From a virus (lineage: Duplodnaviria; Caudoviricetes): DNA of 31,206 nt. The position numbers and the translations under genes are program-made. This document shows positions 16,881-26,270 of the stretch, in pieces. Location of the stretch: IMG/VR virus record IMGVR_UViG_3300005662_000141, positions 1 through 31,206 of that record; one strand, written 5' to 3'. The notes under the pieces are model-generated. The model saw nothing but the letters and a program-made list of their open reading frames with translations, ran no database searches and was not told the DNA's origin. How positions within the stretch are numbered: the stretch's first letter is position 1; each line of letters begins with the position of its first letter.

Positions 16881-17270
16881 TTATGCACCAGTTTGATGCA
16901 GTGACAGGTCAACATTCTGCGTTATCGCATCGGTTTTTCCATAATCACTTGCAATCACTTCAAAGAACTGTCCGAGCATGTATGGCGTAGTGCCATCAAT
17001 ATACACACGGTCATCTGGGCGGACCTCAAAGTCAGTAGGGCAGACCAAAGACCACATCGAAACTTGCGTGATTGTCTCAGAAATCACTTGCTCGTTATCA
17101 TTGCCACCCTTCAGGATGCACTTGAAGTCATGCACCTTGACCCATGACATAGATATGCCACCGATGCCGTCACGCTGTGGAATGTTCCGCCACAAGGATG
17201 CTGGCTGTGTGTATGTGTAGTTGGACAATCCCGCTTTGATGTCCTGGAGCAACTTTGCCGGTATTGCCAT
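16881..17270 (-). CDS. Head closure / head-tail adaptor (SPP1 gp16-like)
   Basis: 'DGIGG...W...VRPDDRVYIDG...FEVI' pattern; start at ATG 17270 (TGATG overlap). Confidence 0.75.
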   Translation of the reverse strand: MAIPAKLLQDIKAGLSNYTYTQPASLWRNIPQRDGIGGISMSWVKVHDFKCILKGGNDNEQVISETITQVSMWSLVCPTDFEVRPDDRVYIDGTTPYMLGQFFEVIASDYGKTDAITQNVDLSLHQTGA

Positions 17271-17764
17271 CAGATGATTCCAAGCGGTTGGAACCGCTGT
17301 GCTTGCGACAGACAATGCGCCTGGAGTTTCTCCATATCAGCTTTGACGTTGCCGTCCTCGATGGCAATCTGATTTGCACATGCAGCTGCTTTGCGGAGCC
17401 ATCCATTCCGAACTGCAAGGTTCAGATCATATGGTTCAGTGTGTGCTGGTCCAAAGTCCTGCCACGTCAAACCGGGATTCCCGGAGCCGTCATAAATTGT
17501 GTAGCCAGATTTGGTTGCATAGATGGGCCATATGGTTGTATCGGTTCCTGATGTGCCAGCGATGACACAGCGATACACACGCCCGTTTTGCGTCGGAGGG
17601 ACAATCATGTCACCGACGTTGTATGCCGTTGTTGCAGTCCACGTGGTGTACCGTAGAGCATCATCAATCAGCTCTTGCAGTGCAGTTGAATCAAGTGTTG
17701 GGTATTGGTCTGATGCAGTTCGCCATGCCAGCCGTTCCAGACACTGTGTGCGAGTGAATGCCAT
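17270..17764 (-). CDS. Head-tail connector (gp6/gp15-like) with an inserted carbohydrate-binding-like module
   Basis: First gene after the capsid gene; GGAGA RBS and ATG at 17764. Helical ends ('YDLNLAVRNGWLRKAA') flank 'WTATTAYNVGDMIV...YRCVIAGTSG'. Confidence 0.7.
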   Translation of the reverse strand: MAFTRTQCLERLAWRTASDQYPTLDSTALQELIDDALRYTTWTATTAYNVGDMIVPPTQNGRVYRCVIAGTSGTDTTIWPIYATKSGYTIYDGSGNPGLTWQDFGPAHTEPYDLNLAVRNGWLRKAAACANQIAIEDGNVKADMEKLQAHCLSQAQRFQPLGII

Positions 17765-17775
17765 GTAATGTCTCC

Positions 17776-17810
17776 AAAAGAAAAAGGGCAAGGGCATAAG
17801 CCCCTGCCCC
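17776..17810 (-). terminator. Intrinsic terminator after the major capsid gene
   Basis: On the - strand, GGGCAGGGGC-ttat-GCCCTTGCCC followed by TTTTTCTTTT. Confidence 0.85.
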
Positions 17811-17831
17811 TTCGTGGTTGTTGTCTGAATA

Positions 17832-19187
17832 CTACGCTGTAGTGGCGTTTGTAACCAGAACGATTGCGGAGCCAGGAACTTGCGATGGAACAGCTGCAAT
17901 GTTGCCCGGATCAGTTGCACCAGAGAAACCAACACGCTCGATGGCACGAACAGCGATGCTGTCCTGGTCAAAGTAGCGCTCGGTGCTGGTAGCAATCGAC
18001 AGCTCACGGCGGTCACCAAAAGCAACAGCCTTGCTGAGGTCAGCAAGCACTGCAATCGGGGTGTTGACCGATGCAGTCGTGAGTGCCGATGGCATGTCCT
18101 GAACAAACTGGACAGGATAACCGAACAGCGTCGGCTGAAGTCCAGCGCCAAGTGCTAGTGTGTTGTAGTTGTTACCACTGAGCGTAATGAGTTTGTCCGC
18201 AACATAGTTGAAGAAAATCTGCTTGTGCATGTAGAACTTTGCGTTCGCCTGTGCATAAACAGGGAGCTTCGCAACCAGTGATTGCCAGATAGCAAGCGTC
18301 AAGTTTGCAGGTGTGGAAACAAACGACGGAGCCGTCACGAGCGATGCGATGTTCGCTTTGGTTCCGGAGAGACCAAAGATGTACTGGCAGAGACCTGTGA
18401 TGCCACCGTCACCAGCGGAACCCGTACCGTTGAAACAAACACGGTCCTCTTCGTGGCCGAGCTTGTTTGCCATGTCCATTGCAAGGATGCTTGCAAAGTT
18501 CACAACAGCGTCCTCGTTGAGTTCGCTTGACATGACCGAGAATGCGGTCAGTTTCTTGGCAGAGAGTGCAACGGAAGCAACAGTCAAGTCACTTGCAGTG
18601 ATTGCGGTGTTCTCAGCGCCCCACACAGCCGTCACGGAACCAGAGATGACAGGGACGTTCATTGCGTTCGATGTCATCGTGTACTTGCGAGCATCCTGGC
18701 GCATGATGGATGCTTGCTCACGGAGGTATACGAACTGGTCCGAGATGATTGTCGGGACAGCGAAACCACCAGCGGAGCCAGTGCCTTCGTTCATTGCCTT
18801 GATGTCTTGAGCCTTGAGCACACCGTGGTCTTGACACCACTTGCGAGCGGAAGCAGACTTGAGTGCGGTTGCACGCATCCACTGCCCGAATGCATAGGCG
18901 TTGTATGCCTTTTCGTTGTTGTCACGGCCAGCAAACGCACGGAGGTCTGGACCAGCACCGATTGCTTGGCGCTCCCATGCCTTCACCTGTGGTTCGGTCT
19001 GGAACTCATCTTCAGGTTCTGGCTGGAACTGAGCAACGGAACGAGCAATGTTGAGGCGGTCCGTGATGGACTTCACTTCGTCGTTCAAACGATTGATTTC
19101 GGTCATGTCTGGCGCATCAAGCGTCAGCAGTTCTTTGAGTGCAGCGATGCTGTCGGCTTGACGCTGCTTAAGGGATTCAATTTTCAC
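17832..19187 (-). CDS. HK97-fold major capsid protein with N-terminal delta (scaffold) domain
   Basis: Coiled-coil N-terminus, 'GGFAVP', 'KKLTAFSVMSSELNEDA', 'FNGTG', 'TLFGYPV' and 'FDQDSIAVRAIERVG'. The GTG start at 19187 has GGAG 7 nt upstream. Confidence 0.95.
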   Translation of the reverse strand: MKIESLKQRQADSIAALKELLTLDAPDMTEINRLNDEVKSITDRLNIARSVAQFQPEPEDEFQTEPQVKAWERQAIGAGPDLRAFAGRDNNEKAYNAYAFGQWMRATALKSASARKWCQDHGVLKAQDIKAMNEGTGSAGGFAVPTIISDQFVYLREQASIMRQDARKYTMTSNAMNVPVISGSVTAVWGAENTAITASDLTVASVALSAKKLTAFSVMSSELNEDAVVNFASILAMDMANKLGHEEDRVCFNGTGSAGDGGITGLCQYIFGLSGTKANIASLVTAPSFVSTPANLTLAIWQSLVAKLPVYAQANAKFYMHKQIFFNYVADKLITLSGNNYNTLALGAGLQPTLFGYPVQFVQDMPSALTTASVNTPIAVLADLSKAVAFGDRRELSIATSTERYFDQDSIAVRAIERVGFSGATDPGNIAAVPSQVPGSAIVLVTNATTA

Positions 19188-20199
19188 TTTCAATCTCCAT
19201 CATCATGATCTGTGCGAGGATTCTCGCTTTTTCCAGCTCGACGTCAGTCGTGTATTCTTTTACGTTGGGTTCAGTGGTTGCATCCCGCAAACTTTCCCAT
19301 ACGCTCTTTGCAAGTCTCACCGACTCGCTCCGAGTCAACATCAGCGAATCCCTCAGCCGACGTTCCAAATCACGCACTGTCTGTGGTCGTTGAGTCTTTG
19401 CCTCGATGGACTTGACTTCAGCCGATGCCACTGCGTCAATAGTTGATACAAGGTTCTTACCCCTTTGCGCAAATCCATCGACCAGCGCAAGCAGGTATTC
19501 TTTTGGCAAACCATCAACGTACACTTGAAGCATGCCATCGCAGAGTTTCTCCCAGAGGAACTCGAATCCCTCGTGGACCATCTCTGCCTGCATACCACCA
19601 TAGACACTGGAAGCAAACGCATCCGGCGATGATTCGTCACCGATCACTGGTGCTTCCTCTTCCATCATGTCCATGCCACCATCCTCTTCCTCACCATCCA
19701 TCATCTCTTTGATTGGCTTGCACGCAGCTCTGTCCATCATTGACTTGACGGTGTTGAGAGGTTCGCAGGGTGTTGGGGTGATGGATGCTTCACCGATACA
19801 CCAGCGTGTAATCTCTTGGCGAGCGCCAACAGCCTTGCGCTCCACAAGGTGTCCAGCTGCGCCGGAACTGTAGCCGAGTTGCGCTCGTTTTCCAAGTTTC
19901 GCCACCATTGCCCCGTATTCGTTGGCGAGGTCAATCTGTGATTCCATCCACAATCCTTTGTCATCCATTTTGACAACGCCGGTCCCGATGCATGTTTTGC
20001 CAATCAGCGGGTCAGCACCGTGATGGTAATAAAGATTCAATGCGAATCCTGCACCCTTGACCAGGGGACGCCCAAAGTCAGTCTGGGGAGTGAAGTAATC
20101 ACCGACCAGGTCTTCACCGCCAAAGCGCACGAGATAGCCACGGACCTTGCCATCAGGTTCAGCCTTGACCGAATCGCCAAAGTACATCAAATCATTCAT
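19177..20199 (-). CDS. HK97-type prohead maturation protease with C-terminal extension
   Basis: 'GYLVRFG..DLVGDYF', 'YYHH' (His), 'DDKGLW', 'GYSSG' (Ser) and 'EASITPTPCEP'; located upstream of the capsid gene. Confidence 0.88.
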   Translation of the reverse strand: MNDLMYFGDSVKAEPDGKVRGYLVRFGGEDLVGDYFTPQTDFGRPLVKGAGFALNLYYHHGADPLIGKTCIGTGVVKMDDKGLWMESQIDLANEYGAMVAKLGKRAQLGYSSGAAGHLVERKAVGARQEITRWCIGEASITPTPCEPLNTVKSMMDRAACKPIKEMMDGEEEDGGMDMMEEEAPVIGDESSPDAFASSVYGGMQAEMVHEGFEFLWEKLCDGMLQVYVDGLPKEYLLALVDGFAQRGKNLVSTIDAVASAEVKSIEAKTQRPQTVRDLERRLRDSLMLTRSESVRLAKSVWESLRDATTEPNVKEYTTDVELEKARILAQIMMMEIESEN

Positions 20200-21199
20200 T
20201 GTTTATCAACTCCCGCAGGGGCACTACCTCTGCTATTGGTCCCCACCGTTCATCCTCCACGACACGCCCAAAAGCGCTGAGTGGAGTTCCGGTTTTGTAT
20301 AGCAGATATCTGCCACGTCCAAGCGCCTCCATCTGCCTCTCTGGCGATAGCCTTGCAAAGGTTGTCTCTGCGTTTGGTATCAGGTCACCAGTCGTTTGCC
20401 CCATCCAAGGGTCCATGACTGGAACCACGGTACACCTACAGTTTGGATGCGTAGGAACGATTGTCGCAAGGTCTTGACGGGTTCCGTGTAGCGCCCAGCA
20501 TGCCGGACACACGTTGTGGTCACCAGCACTGGCACGCATCCAACCGTGCACGATGTCAGAGTTCGCCAGGAATGACTGTCGCTGTGCTTCACGTGATGCC
20601 CGGAGCATCTCTGTTCGTGCAATGGTTTTGGCACGAGCTGGTGTCAGATCTCGATATGCCGACACCATGCGCCTTGCCAGCACACTGTTGTGGTCACCCT
20701 GAATGATGGCGTTTGCCAGCATCTGCTTCATGTCTGGACCAATCGCCTGAAACAACTGGTCAAGTGGTGAACCGTCGGAAGCAAAACCGATGAGTTGCTC
20801 CACGCTCATCGGGTCAAAGCGGTTCCACACTGTGGACATCGCAGCTTCGCTTGGCGCATTACTTGCAGCTGTTGCCATCGGCAAAAGCATCTGAGACGCA
20901 ACGTCCACGGCTTCACTCTGTGCCCGTGTGGCGATGCTTGATGCTTCAGGCGCCCATCGCTTCAGTTCGTCCTGGAGTTGCTCCTGAATCTTCATCAGCC
21001 GTGCTGTCAGGTCATTCAGCGTTGCAGTATCTTCACCTGCAAGTTCAGCTTCGGCGATACGGTCTGCCACGATCTGCAAGCGCCGGAGTGTCTCACCCGT
21101 GGCACGTTTGTATGCCGTGTCCATATCAGCAATAGCAGCTGCTTCACGGTCCAGCAAACGGAGCCTGAAGTCTCTGGCGACGTCATAGATGCTTGGCAT
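20192..21199 (-). CDS. Head morphogenesis protein (SPP1 gp7 / Mu gpF-like)
   Basis: 'RAKTIARTEM', 'VCPACWALHG' and 'PTHPNCRCTVVP' signature; located after the portal gene. Confidence 0.9.
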   Translation of the reverse strand: MPSIYDVARDFRLRLLDREAAAIADMDTAYKRATGETLRRLQIVADRIAEAELAGEDTATLNDLTARLMKIQEQLQDELKRWAPEASSIATRAQSEAVDVASQMLLPMATAASNAPSEAAMSTVWNRFDPMSVEQLIGFASDGSPLDQLFQAIGPDMKQMLANAIIQGDHNSVLARRMVSAYRDLTPARAKTIARTEMLRASREAQRQSFLANSDIVHGWMRASAGDHNVCPACWALHGTRQDLATIVPTHPNCRCTVVPVMDPWMGQTTGDLIPNAETTFARLSPERQMEALGRGRYLLYKTGTPLSAFGRVVEDERWGPIAEVVPLRELINNE

Positions 21200-22857
21200 C
21201 AGACAGGATACCCATAGAGTGGATGCGTGTCAGACTTGACTGACGGCTTGATGAACTTGCTGAGAATCTCGATACGCTTTGAAGCCAGCCAATCAGCGAA
21301 CTGTCGGTCGTCGTGAATCTGGTGATGCAAACGCAGGATGTCTTCGGCGCTATATTGTTTCTCACCAAACTTGAACTCTTGGATTGACTTTGCTTCTTCA
21401 CGGACAGTCACTGGCAATAGTCCAAGGTGCTGAATCGGGTCAAGCCCTACGGCCTGCAAGGCGGCTTCAGGGGCAAAACCAGCACGAATGAGAGCGCCAG
21501 CGCTGCCAACCAGCTTGTTAATGTCGTCAGGGGTTCGACCAGCAGGAACGGTGGATGCACCGCCAGCAGGCGGTTGAAATTGTGCAGGAACATCACCAAA
21601 GTACAATCCCTCATCTTCAGCAACAGTCACGACACCGCTGATGCGCTTTGCAGTGGCACGATCAATGATGCCTGCTTTGTACAGGCGCTCGGCACGTTCG
21701 GCTTCAGCGGTCAAGTCAGCTGCAAGCGCAGGAATGTCGCTGGTGTCGAACTCCAGATAATCCCCTGGTTGCGTCTCAGGATAGTCAGGCAAAAGGTTTT
21801 GCGTCAACACTTCGGCGATGCGACGGTACAAAGGAACCATGCCATCTGTCCACGCAGATCGTGTGGCCTGCTGTAGGTTGCTATACGTTGAGCGCTCCAA
21901 ACCGGAACCAAGGTGAAGCACCAGCGGGTTTAAGCCGAGAGCTGCGCAAATGCGTTCTTCTGGCTTGCGCCGAACATCATCGAGCGCCATGTCCTTTGGT
22001 GAGAAACCAACACGTTGAAGCTCAAAAGCGTTTGTCATCACAGCCACTCCACCAGAGTCATCCCCGCTGAAGTTTTCCTGCAATCTCTGCTTTGTGTTGA
22101 TGGCGTCATCATCGCTGGTTGTATACGCCTGTGTCGGGTCCTTTGGACCAACGACGAACGATGGCACTGGAGACTTTGCAAGGCCGTATGCGGTGCTCGA
22201 TGCCACGTTATCGGTGCAGACTTCACGGAGCACGGACGCAAGCGGACCACGACCAAAGCGCCAGTCTGACGGGTCACGTCCGATGCGCATGTGGATGACA
22301 TCCTCAAGTGGCATCTCTCGCTTCCAGCCATCAGCCGTGTAGATGTAACCAGTCAGACTGTCGGACAAACTCCCAGCAGGTCGAACCATGTCAGCTGCAA
22401 GCCACTGAAGCGCAAGCGGTGGCTGGTTTGGCGATGTGCGGTGTTTGTAGATGTATGCGTTTGCCAGCACCAGTGAGTCTGTGATGAACCAGTCCCACCA
22501 TGCGGAACCAGTGACGCCAAGTTCAGGACACGGATTCGCCAGCAGTTCAAGCACTGGATGGTCTTCAATCGGTTCAGCCTTGCCGTCTGGCATCGGACGC
22601 ATGACACGCAGTTTCGCCTGGCTGAAGTTGCGGGTGTACCAGCTGATGCTGAGTGCCACCACAGAGTTCAGCATCAAGTCACCGGCGATGTACTTCCAGT
22701 CCCGGTTGCTCGATGGCATGACCACGGACAAAAGGTTCATCAGCCGTCCGGAACCGTATCCCGTCAGGAATGATGACTGTCGCTGAATCACCGGAGGCAA
22801 AAGCATCTGTGGAACTGCTGCCTTTTGTTGCTTGCGGAAGATATCGAAAATGGCCAT
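21199..22857 (-). CDS. Portal protein (HK97-like)
   Basis: 'DHPVLELLANP', 'NAYI', 'EDVIHMR...D...GRGPL', 'SPKDM', 'ICAALG' and 'TYSNLQQA'; located after TerL. Confidence 0.92.
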   Translation of the reverse strand: MAIFDIFRKQQKAAVPQMLLPPVIQRQSSFLTGYGSGRLMNLLSVVMPSSNRDWKYIAGDLMLNSVVALSISWYTRNFSQAKLRVMRPMPDGKAEPIEDHPVLELLANPCPELGVTGSAWWDWFITDSLVLANAYIYKHRTSPNQPPLALQWLAADMVRPAGSLSDSLTGYIYTADGWKREMPLEDVIHMRIGRDPSDWRFGRGPLASVLREVCTDNVASSTAYGLAKSPVPSFVVGPKDPTQAYTTSDDDAINTKQRLQENFSGDDSGGVAVMTNAFELQRVGFSPKDMALDDVRRKPEERICAALGLNPLVLHLGSGLERSTYSNLQQATRSAWTDGMVPLYRRIAEVLTQNLLPDYPETQPGDYLEFDTSDIPALAADLTAEAERAERLYKAGIIDRATAKRISGVVTVAEDEGLYFGDVPAQFQPPAGGASTVPAGRTPDDINKLVGSAGALIRAGFAPEAALQAVGLDPIQHLGLLPVTVREEAKSIQEFKFGEKQYSAEDILRLHHQIHDDRQFADWLASKRIEILSKFIKPSVKSDTHPLYGYPV

Positions 22858-22871
22858 GGTTTATTGTGTCC

Positions 22872-24329
22872 TTATACTGCACCAAAACGCACACTGCCGA
22901 GTGTCAGCTCATCGTAACCATCAGCGAGAGCGTCCACGATGTCATCATTCTTTCCCAGGGGGAATGTTCGCAGTTCATCGAGCATGACTTGATTCCACGT
23001 GGCCTTGACCATGAAGCAGTTTCCACCGGCAACTTGCGCTGACACCGGACCAGCACGGAGTTCCTTGCCCCCGCTGACTGGTTTGCAACTCACAGGGAAT
23101 CCTTGTAGGTTGCGAATCATGTGGAGCATCTGACTTTTACCAGCCTGCCCCGGATCCTGTGGCAATCTCTGCCGGCATTGTTTGCCATCAAGTGCAGCTG
23201 TCTGACGGATGACACGGTCACGCTCATCTGCATCCCACTGCCCCCGCTGGACGTCTAGAATCCACAGGCGCTCCTGGTCATCGATGCCGACCTTGACGCC
23301 CACAGTGTAGTCACCTTTTCCTGCACTCGCTGCAAGGTCCCAACCACGAGCTAGGCGCTTGATGTTCGGTTGTGCATCCTCAATGGTGATGCGTGCCTGC
23401 CTGAAGAATGCACCTTCACGTGGCGTCGGCTGTTGCTGGTACAAAGCAGACCAGCCGTACTCGCCGCCGTTCTTGACCATCACGCCCTTGATGCGCTCCA
23501 GCTCGTCCACATCATAGCGGTCTGGCCACAAAGCTTCGCCCGGCTGTCTGCCTATCTGGTCATCCTCCTCGGCGATGGCTGACAGGTTCAGGATGTGCCA
23601 GCGGTCTGGTTCGGATGCGATAGCACGAGCTGCGACATCATCGTGATGCCACCGTGTACACACGATGATGATGGCGCCCCCAGGTTCAAGGCGTGTGTAC
23701 AAATCATCTGAATACCAATCGGCTGCTCGGTCACGATACACCTGTGATTCCGCATCCTCACGGCTTCGAATAGGGTCATCGATGATGATGTACTTGAAGC
23801 CCACACCAGTCGGCGGTGAACCGACGCCACGCGCCATGTATGTGCCACCTTCAGGGAGTGACCACTCGTCCTGTGCTTTGTTGTCCTGGCTTAGATTGAC
23901 ACGGTCTTTGCAGATTGTGCGACTCTTACGGCTGAAGCGGTTTGCAATGCGCTGGTTGTATGCAGTGACCAACACGTTTGCTTCTGGATGCAGTTCCTTG
24001 AAGAACGCTCCAGCACGCACGGTCACTGTCTCTGTCTTGCCATGACGTGGTGGCATGTGGATGGCCAGCCGGTCAATCTCACCACGCTGGACACGGTCAA
24101 TCACATCACAGATTGCTTTGATGTGTGGAGCATCAGCGGTCCATGACTTCGGGAGTGTCTGTCGCAGATAGTCAGCGAAACACGGGTCAGCCTTCGATGT
24201 CGTTTGCTTCGGCAGCTGCGTTGAGAACTTGAAGCGTGACAGACGCAATTTCCTTGTACAGATCGGCGAGAGCGCCAGCGTTTTGGGTCTTTCTGTAAAC
24301 TTCATCTTGAGCTGTTTTCGCAATTCCAA
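22872..24329 (-). CDS. terL: Terminase large subunit (start uncertain)
   Basis: Walker A 'MPPRHGKT', Walker B 'IIIDDP', 'TRWHHDD', 'ALYQQQP', and nuclease 'WDLA...GDYTVG...NDDIVDA'. Confidence 0.95.
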   Translation of the reverse strand: MELRKQLKMKFTERPKTLALSPICTRKLRLSRFKFSTQLPKQTTSKADPCFADYLRQTLPKSWTADAPHIKAICDVIDRVQRGEIDRLAIHMPPRHGKTETVTVRAGAFFKELHPEANVLVTAYNQRIANRFSRKSRTICKDRVNLSQDNKAQDEWSLPEGGTYMARGVGSPPTGVGFKYIIIDDPIRSREDAESQVYRDRAADWYSDDLYTRLEPGGAIIIVCTRWHHDDVAARAIASEPDRWHILNLSAIAEEDDQIGRQPGEALWPDRYDVDELERIKGVMVKNGGEYGWSALYQQQPTPREGAFFRQARITIEDAQPNIKRLARGWDLAASAGKGDYTVGVKVGIDDQERLWILDVQRGQWDADERDRVIRQTAALDGKQCRQRLPQDPGQAGKSQMLHMIRNLQGFPVSCKPVSGGKELRAGPVSAQVAGGNCFMVKATWNQVMLDELRTFPLGKNDDIVDALADGYDELTLGSVRFGAV

Positions 24330-24567
24330 TCAATGCTGTCAGTGATTCGCCAAGCAGTTCTGCGAGTCGTTCATCAAGGTTCGTGGATGCCTCCACAATG
24401 CGCTGTGCTGACCCGTTCACGACCTGCTCTTCGTTCATCCGGTTACGAATGCGGGTGATGGTTGACTTCGGCATACCGTAGTGTCTGGCAAGGTCAGCCT
24501 GTTTGGCCCCTGCCAGAATGGCTGCTTGAATCTGTGCTTCTACTTCTGGTGCAGTTCTGACTGGCAT
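24187..24567 (-). CDS. terS: Terminase small subunit (N-terminal HTH)
   Basis: 'GAKQADLARHYGMPKSTITRIR' HTH followed by helices; GGAGA RBS; directly upstream of terL. Confidence 0.8.
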   Translation of the reverse strand: MPVRTAPEVEAQIQAAILAGAKQADLARHYGMPKSTITRIRNRMNEEQVVNGSAQRIVEASTNLDERLAELLGESLTALIGIAKTAQDEVYRKTQNAGALADLYKEIASVTLQVLNAAAEANDIEG

Positions 24568-24836
24568 AATCTAGTGTCTCCTGACTTTGGTTTATAGTGT
24601 GCCTTGCCATGGCACTGGTAGCAAAGCACCTGAAGGTCAGACAGCAGTTCACCACCTAAACGCTTATACGTCAGGTGGTGAACATCAAGCTTATGTTTGT
24701 CTGGTGTCGTGCCACAGAGTTCGCATCTGTAGTCCGCTTGCTCCAGTTTGTCCTGGCGCAGCTGCTTCCACCGCTTGGTTGTCATGTACCGCTGGCGATA
24801 GTACCGGCGGATCAGCACGATGTTGTCTGGTGGCAT
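24540..24836 (-). CDS. HNH endonuclease (packaging-associated, HK97 gp74-like position)
   Basis: 'RWKQLR...CELCG...LDVHHLTY...DLQVLCYQCH..AH'; start at ATG 24836 is tentative. Confidence 0.85.
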   Translation of the reverse strand: MPPDNIVLIRRYYRQRYMTTKRWKQLRQDKLEQADYRCELCGTTPDKHKLDVHHLTYKRLGGELLSDLQVLCYQCHGKAHYKPKSGDTRLCQSELHQK

Positions 24837-24903
24837 GCTGGATGCGAGCAACCGCACCCAGCACACGTCCCAGGAACTGCGCAGGTATTCTGGCAACCAG
24901 CCG

Positions 24904-25053
24904 TCAGGCTTCGTCACTCTGTGCCTGTCTCCACAGCCATTGCAGACTGCCGATGGATACCAAAGCGCACACGCACAGGAATGACCACGAGACGATGATT
25001 CCTGCGAGGTACAGCGGAATGAGCATGATGATTCGCATGATGTCAAACATCAT
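24904..25053 (-). CDS. Small hydrophobic (membrane) hypothetical protein
   Basis: 49 aa from ATG 25053 with GAGGA RBS and one long hydrophobic stretch. Confidence 0.45.
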   Translation of the reverse strand: MMFDIMRIIMLIPLYLAGIIVSWSFLCVCALVSIGSLQWLWRQAQSDEA

Positions 25054-25201
25054 AGCCAGATTCCTCGCAGTGTGGCTCACAAGTGTCAAAAAGGTCTTTT
25101 GGAAGTGTGGCAATTACTGCACTTGCCCGTGCAATAAACCACCAACACACACGAAAAACACACACGTTTTTCTTACGTCTCATTTTGTCTAACATCGTGT
25201 T

Positions 25202-25624
25202 TTACCCTTTGCCCGACAGCTGAAGTTGGTGAACATCGGCGGCTTCGACAACGGGTGTGAGCTTCACCTTGTGAAGCGTCAAGCCACCGTACTTTTGCGC
25301 TCGTGCGTGTAGGTCATTCAGCATGTTCTTGACATGCTCTGCCTCAAACACATGCATTGTCCCGTGTTCACGATACGACGCAAATCGTGCATCGATGTAC
25401 ATGACATCGGAGTACACAAGCGTGCCATCCTTTGCATGTCCACCGAGCACAAAGTATCGTCCTGGAAGTTTCCCCTCGGCTTCACGAGCATGTCGCCAAA
25501 GGTTGCCAAAGGTTGCAACGACGGTAGGGTGTGATTGCAACTGTTTTGTGTTTAAACGAAAGTTGTCCGGGTCAGAAAAGTACCGTGCGAACAGACGCTC
25601 CATCTCTGCGATGTACTCGCTCAT
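25202..25624 (-). CDS. Hypothetical protein
   Basis: 140-aa ORF, GAGGTG RBS, ATGA overlap. Confidence 0.7.
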   Translation of the reverse strand: MSEYIAEMERLFARYFSDPDNFRLNTKQLQSHPTVVATFGNLWRHAREAEGKLPGRYFVLGGHAKDGTLVYSDVMYIDARFASYREHGTMHVFEAEHVKNMLNDLHARAQKYGGLTLHKVKLTPVVEAADVHQLQLSGKG

Positions 25625-26037
25625 GGCTTCACCTCGATGACTTCACCCCACGCATGCGCATCATCGTTTGGATTCGTGTTCGACACAACATCCTGTAGGA
25701 AATCATCGATGTCATCCCCGGACATGTTGCCTTCGATTACGAACCACATGCGCACGGAGCAATGTTCCGTGGCGATGTCAACCACTCTGAATGGATGACC
25801 AAACAACATGATGCGTTCGTTTGGGTCAAAGTCAGACACAGGCGTCAGAGTTGCGCAATACGCCGGCATGTGCTGGTTCCCCGTGAAGCCAATCACCTTG
25901 TGTTGGCTCATATAGCGAAACATGGTCTTCATCATGGCTGCCATGCACTCTCGAGTGTTGAGCGAAAACAGCACGATAGAACCAACCTTCGCGAAACTTA
26001 GGTCATCACACTTGAACCACTTGACTCGTTGCATCAT
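25621..26037 (-). CDS. Hypothetical protein
   Basis: 138-aa ORF with ATGA overlaps at both ends. Confidence 0.7.
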   Translation of the reverse strand: MMQRVKWFKCDDLSFAKVGSIVLFSLNTRECMAAMMKTMFRYMSQHKVIGFTGNQHMPAYCATLTPVSDFDPNERIMLFGHPFRVVDIATEHCSVRMWFVIEGNMSGDDIDDFLQDVVSNTNPNDDAHAWGEVIEVKP

Positions 26038-26270
26038 TTGTCATTCCCCTTGTTCAGAGCTTCACCGAATGAACCATATGGTTTCCGGATTGGCTTGCTC
26101 AGCATCTCTTCCCACGCATTGTCACCGATTGCATTCTTCACATGATCGATGATGATTTTCAGTTCCACGATCTGGTCAGAGATTCGGCGCACCTGACGTT
26201 CAACCACTACTATGTCGCGCAGGATGATAAACGCCACGATACCTGCAACAACTTGTTCAACTGCGCTCAT
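26034..26270 (-). CDS. Hypothetical protein with N-terminal TM and short coiled coil
   Basis: 78 aa, 'VVAGIVAFIIL', part of a coupled operon. Confidence 0.65.
   Translation of the reverse strand: MSAVEQVVAGIVAFIILRDIVVVERQVRRISDQIVELKIIIDHVKNAIGDNAWEEMLSKPIRKPYGSFGEALNKGNDK

Noticed and set aside
17765-18151. N-terminal extension of the 293-aa ORF 17270-18151
   Set aside because: It overlaps the capsid gene and runs through its terminator. The real start is ATG 17764, which has an RBS.
3286-24045. Many long + strand ORFs (e.g. 3303-4064, 8411-8986, 12709-13368)
   Set aside because: They are antisense shadows of well-supported - strand structural genes, with no recognisable motifs.
24540-24836. 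HNH gene as a mobile homing endonuclease or intron
   Set aside because: It is a small stand-alone HNH immediately upstream of terS, the usual packaging-cofactor position, and it interrupts no gene.
25106-25171. ACACACACG duplicate and small palindromes in the intergenic gap
   Set aside because: They are low-complexity and short. They may be regulatory, but I cannot distinguish them from chance.
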